From assembly GCA_028534125.1 (NCBI GenBank), contig CM052817.1, positions 81,470,001 through 81,534,000 on the forward strand: a stretch of 64,000 bases of DNA, written 5' to 3'. Numbering within the stretch: the first letter of the stretch is position 1; each line of letters begins with the position of its first letter. This document shows positions 62,116 to 64,000 of the stretch, one piece after another. This DNA comes from Lama glama. Taxonomy: Eukaryota. The translations under genes and the position numbers were made by a program. Below the pieces are notes generated by a model that was not told the origin of the DNA, did no database searches, and worked only from the letters and a program-made list of their open reading frames with translations.

Positions 62116-63869
62116 GTCAGAGGACAGCCGCTGCCTGTCACGCAGCCACGATTGTTAGGGCTCCTACTGTGTTCATCACCTTTGAAAGCTAACATGTTTC
62201 CCCTTAGTTTTGCACACTATAAGGAGAAAATTGCTGTCAAACAATCTGTAAAGCTTCTTTATTTCTGAACAGCGTGAAAAAGAGAGTGACTGTCAGTTTT
62301 CCTGGTTAACGAAGACAACCGAGAATGTGGTGAGCTGTACTGAGAATTCGTCATTCTGGAATATTTACATAGGGAAGTACTGTTTATAGAGAGAAACGTC
62401 CCTTCAAAGTAAGTGTTAAATCTTGAAAGAATAGGACTGGCTGAGAGAAAATTAAAAATTATGGAGACAAACTAGCATCTTGGTGCTAATCTTGACAGAA
62501 TTTTGTTATCTGCAACTGTTTATGGGCCAGTGGGAATGATTTCTGATGAGTTGCCCTACATCTTACCACACATACATCATACACTGTACAAATGTATACT
62601 GGCACCCAGTCACTTATATAGATAATGCAATACAATGTTTTCCAATTAACTTTTATGGGAAAATTCTGTGACAGAAGCTTCATTCTCATGAATATATCAC
62701 ATTTGAGTGTTTTGGTTCCAAGGACTATAGTCTGAATCCATGAGCTCTTGGATCCTTACCAGAAAACGACATAATTTCCAACCTTGCTGAATATTCCATG
62801 CTCTCAGCAATCATGTTATATATGAAACCATAGGCTGAACTATTTCAAAAAACATATCTGGATTGAAAAAAATGATTTATTCATATGGAAGTCAACATGA
62901 ACCAGTTATTTTATGAAAATGGCCTCATGTATCAAGTGAATGATGGCTGGATAATTCTGCAGTTACAACTCCAGCAAACTAATGATGCCAAAGCATATAT
63001 AATATTGTTCAACATATAATATTCATTGTATTTTTTAAGAAGCAAATTCCCTGTTCTCCTCAATCAATACAACTTCTCAAAATAGCAGGAAGAAATCCTT
63101 TAAGTTTTCCTTGGAATTGAAAGAAGAAAATGGCAGGACATATATGTACCAACTTCTGAAAATTGTTTCCTGGGAAATATGAAACATGTTTATTTCAGAA
63201 TATTAAAAATAAAGTGTCTACAGATGAAACAAATGTGATCCAGAAATACTTAATGTGAAAATGGAAATCATAATTCTGAGCGAATGAGTACACCATCCAC
63301 ATTGCTCACCAGCAGAAGCAGGTGCAGGATGGGGTGGTTAGAAAGAGGGGGCAAAAGTGTTGTGCTACAGGAGAGGAAACTATTTTCTTCTTGCTTCTCA
63401 GTTGTAAAGCCATTGTTCTGATGCAAAGATTCTCATCACAGCATCTTGGAATGACACAGAAGCAGTTGCTGAAGAAACTTAAAGCCTGAAAATTAGAGAA
63501 AGATGGAAAACTTGAGGACCACACAAATAGAAAGGAAATAGTGAGTTCTGTGGTTACAAGTATTTAGTGGCAGGCATTTTGCTGAGAAAATTAGAAGCCA
63601 CTCCCCGCCCACCCTTGAGAATAGAATTAATAAAATATGTTATTAATAGACACAACTGAAAAACTTGTAAAACTTCAGAAAATGAAGAATCTTGCTCAGA
63701 GATCATTCACCTAGCAACACCAGGAAGAGAGAGAGAGAGACACTTAATTTTAACTTACTAAAGAGGAAATTAGAAATCAGAACCCCACACCATATTAGCT
63801 GAAGTTTGTGGTATATAATTTTTCTTATGTTAACTGTGCAGTAAAATCTATGTAGTTCTCTTTTCATTG

Positions 63870-64000
63870 TGTGCTGCTCAGGGGCCAGACGATATTCAGA
63901 TGGCACACTCAGAAGGGATAACTGAAGAGAGTTTTATAAAGGGACTATTTATGAAGTGTGGTAAGGACCAGGGGAACCGACACTGCATGGTTAAACGCCC
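63870..64000 (-). mobile_element. ERV LTR terminus, truncated by the window edge (family not assigned)
   Basis: 'cagatggcacactcagaagggataactgaagagagttttataaagggactatttat' is a recognisable old LTR-end motif. Confidence 0.6.

Noticed and set aside
1..64000. Most ORFs in the supplied six-frame track as genes
   Set aside because: They are short (60-124 aa), many start at TTG/GTG, are low-complexity or inside TEs, and lack recognisable domains. Only the L1, ERV-L and Tigger remnants are interpretable.
1..64000. CRISPR array, prokaryotic operon or defence system
   Set aside because: The DNA is mammalian and has no regularly spaced repeat-spacer array; direct repeats are TSDs or 2-3 copy duplications.

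Overview
AT-rich, CpG-depleted eutherian genomic DNA, almost certainly camelid (camel/alpaca/llama), based on four copies of a tRNA-derived SINE matching the camelid Vic-1 family. No protein-coding gene, RNA gene or CRISPR array could be identified. The only ORFs with recognisable homology are transposon remnants: L1 ORF1/ORF2, ERV-L integrase/dUTPase and a Tigger7-type transposase N-terminus. Much of the window is layered transposable elements (L1, L2, MIR, MaLR/ERV1/ERVL LTRs, Tigger, MER20, MER102, Kanga/MER104-like), with several nested insertions whose target-site duplications are still readable. The many LTRs lie on both strands, which fits intergenic or lncRNA territory better than a protein-coding intron (inference). 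Best second-look items: a single L1 insertion with sense-antisense-sense structure; a decayed ERV-L provirus keeping only IN-dUTPase; a TATA/Kozak/signal-peptide-like/GTAAGT first-exon candidate at 49.3 kb; a phase-consistent minus-strand exon chain at 7.3-11.4 kb; and two motif-dense candidate enhancers. Repeat family names come from recalled consensus similarity, not a database search. Boundaries of old elements are approximate.
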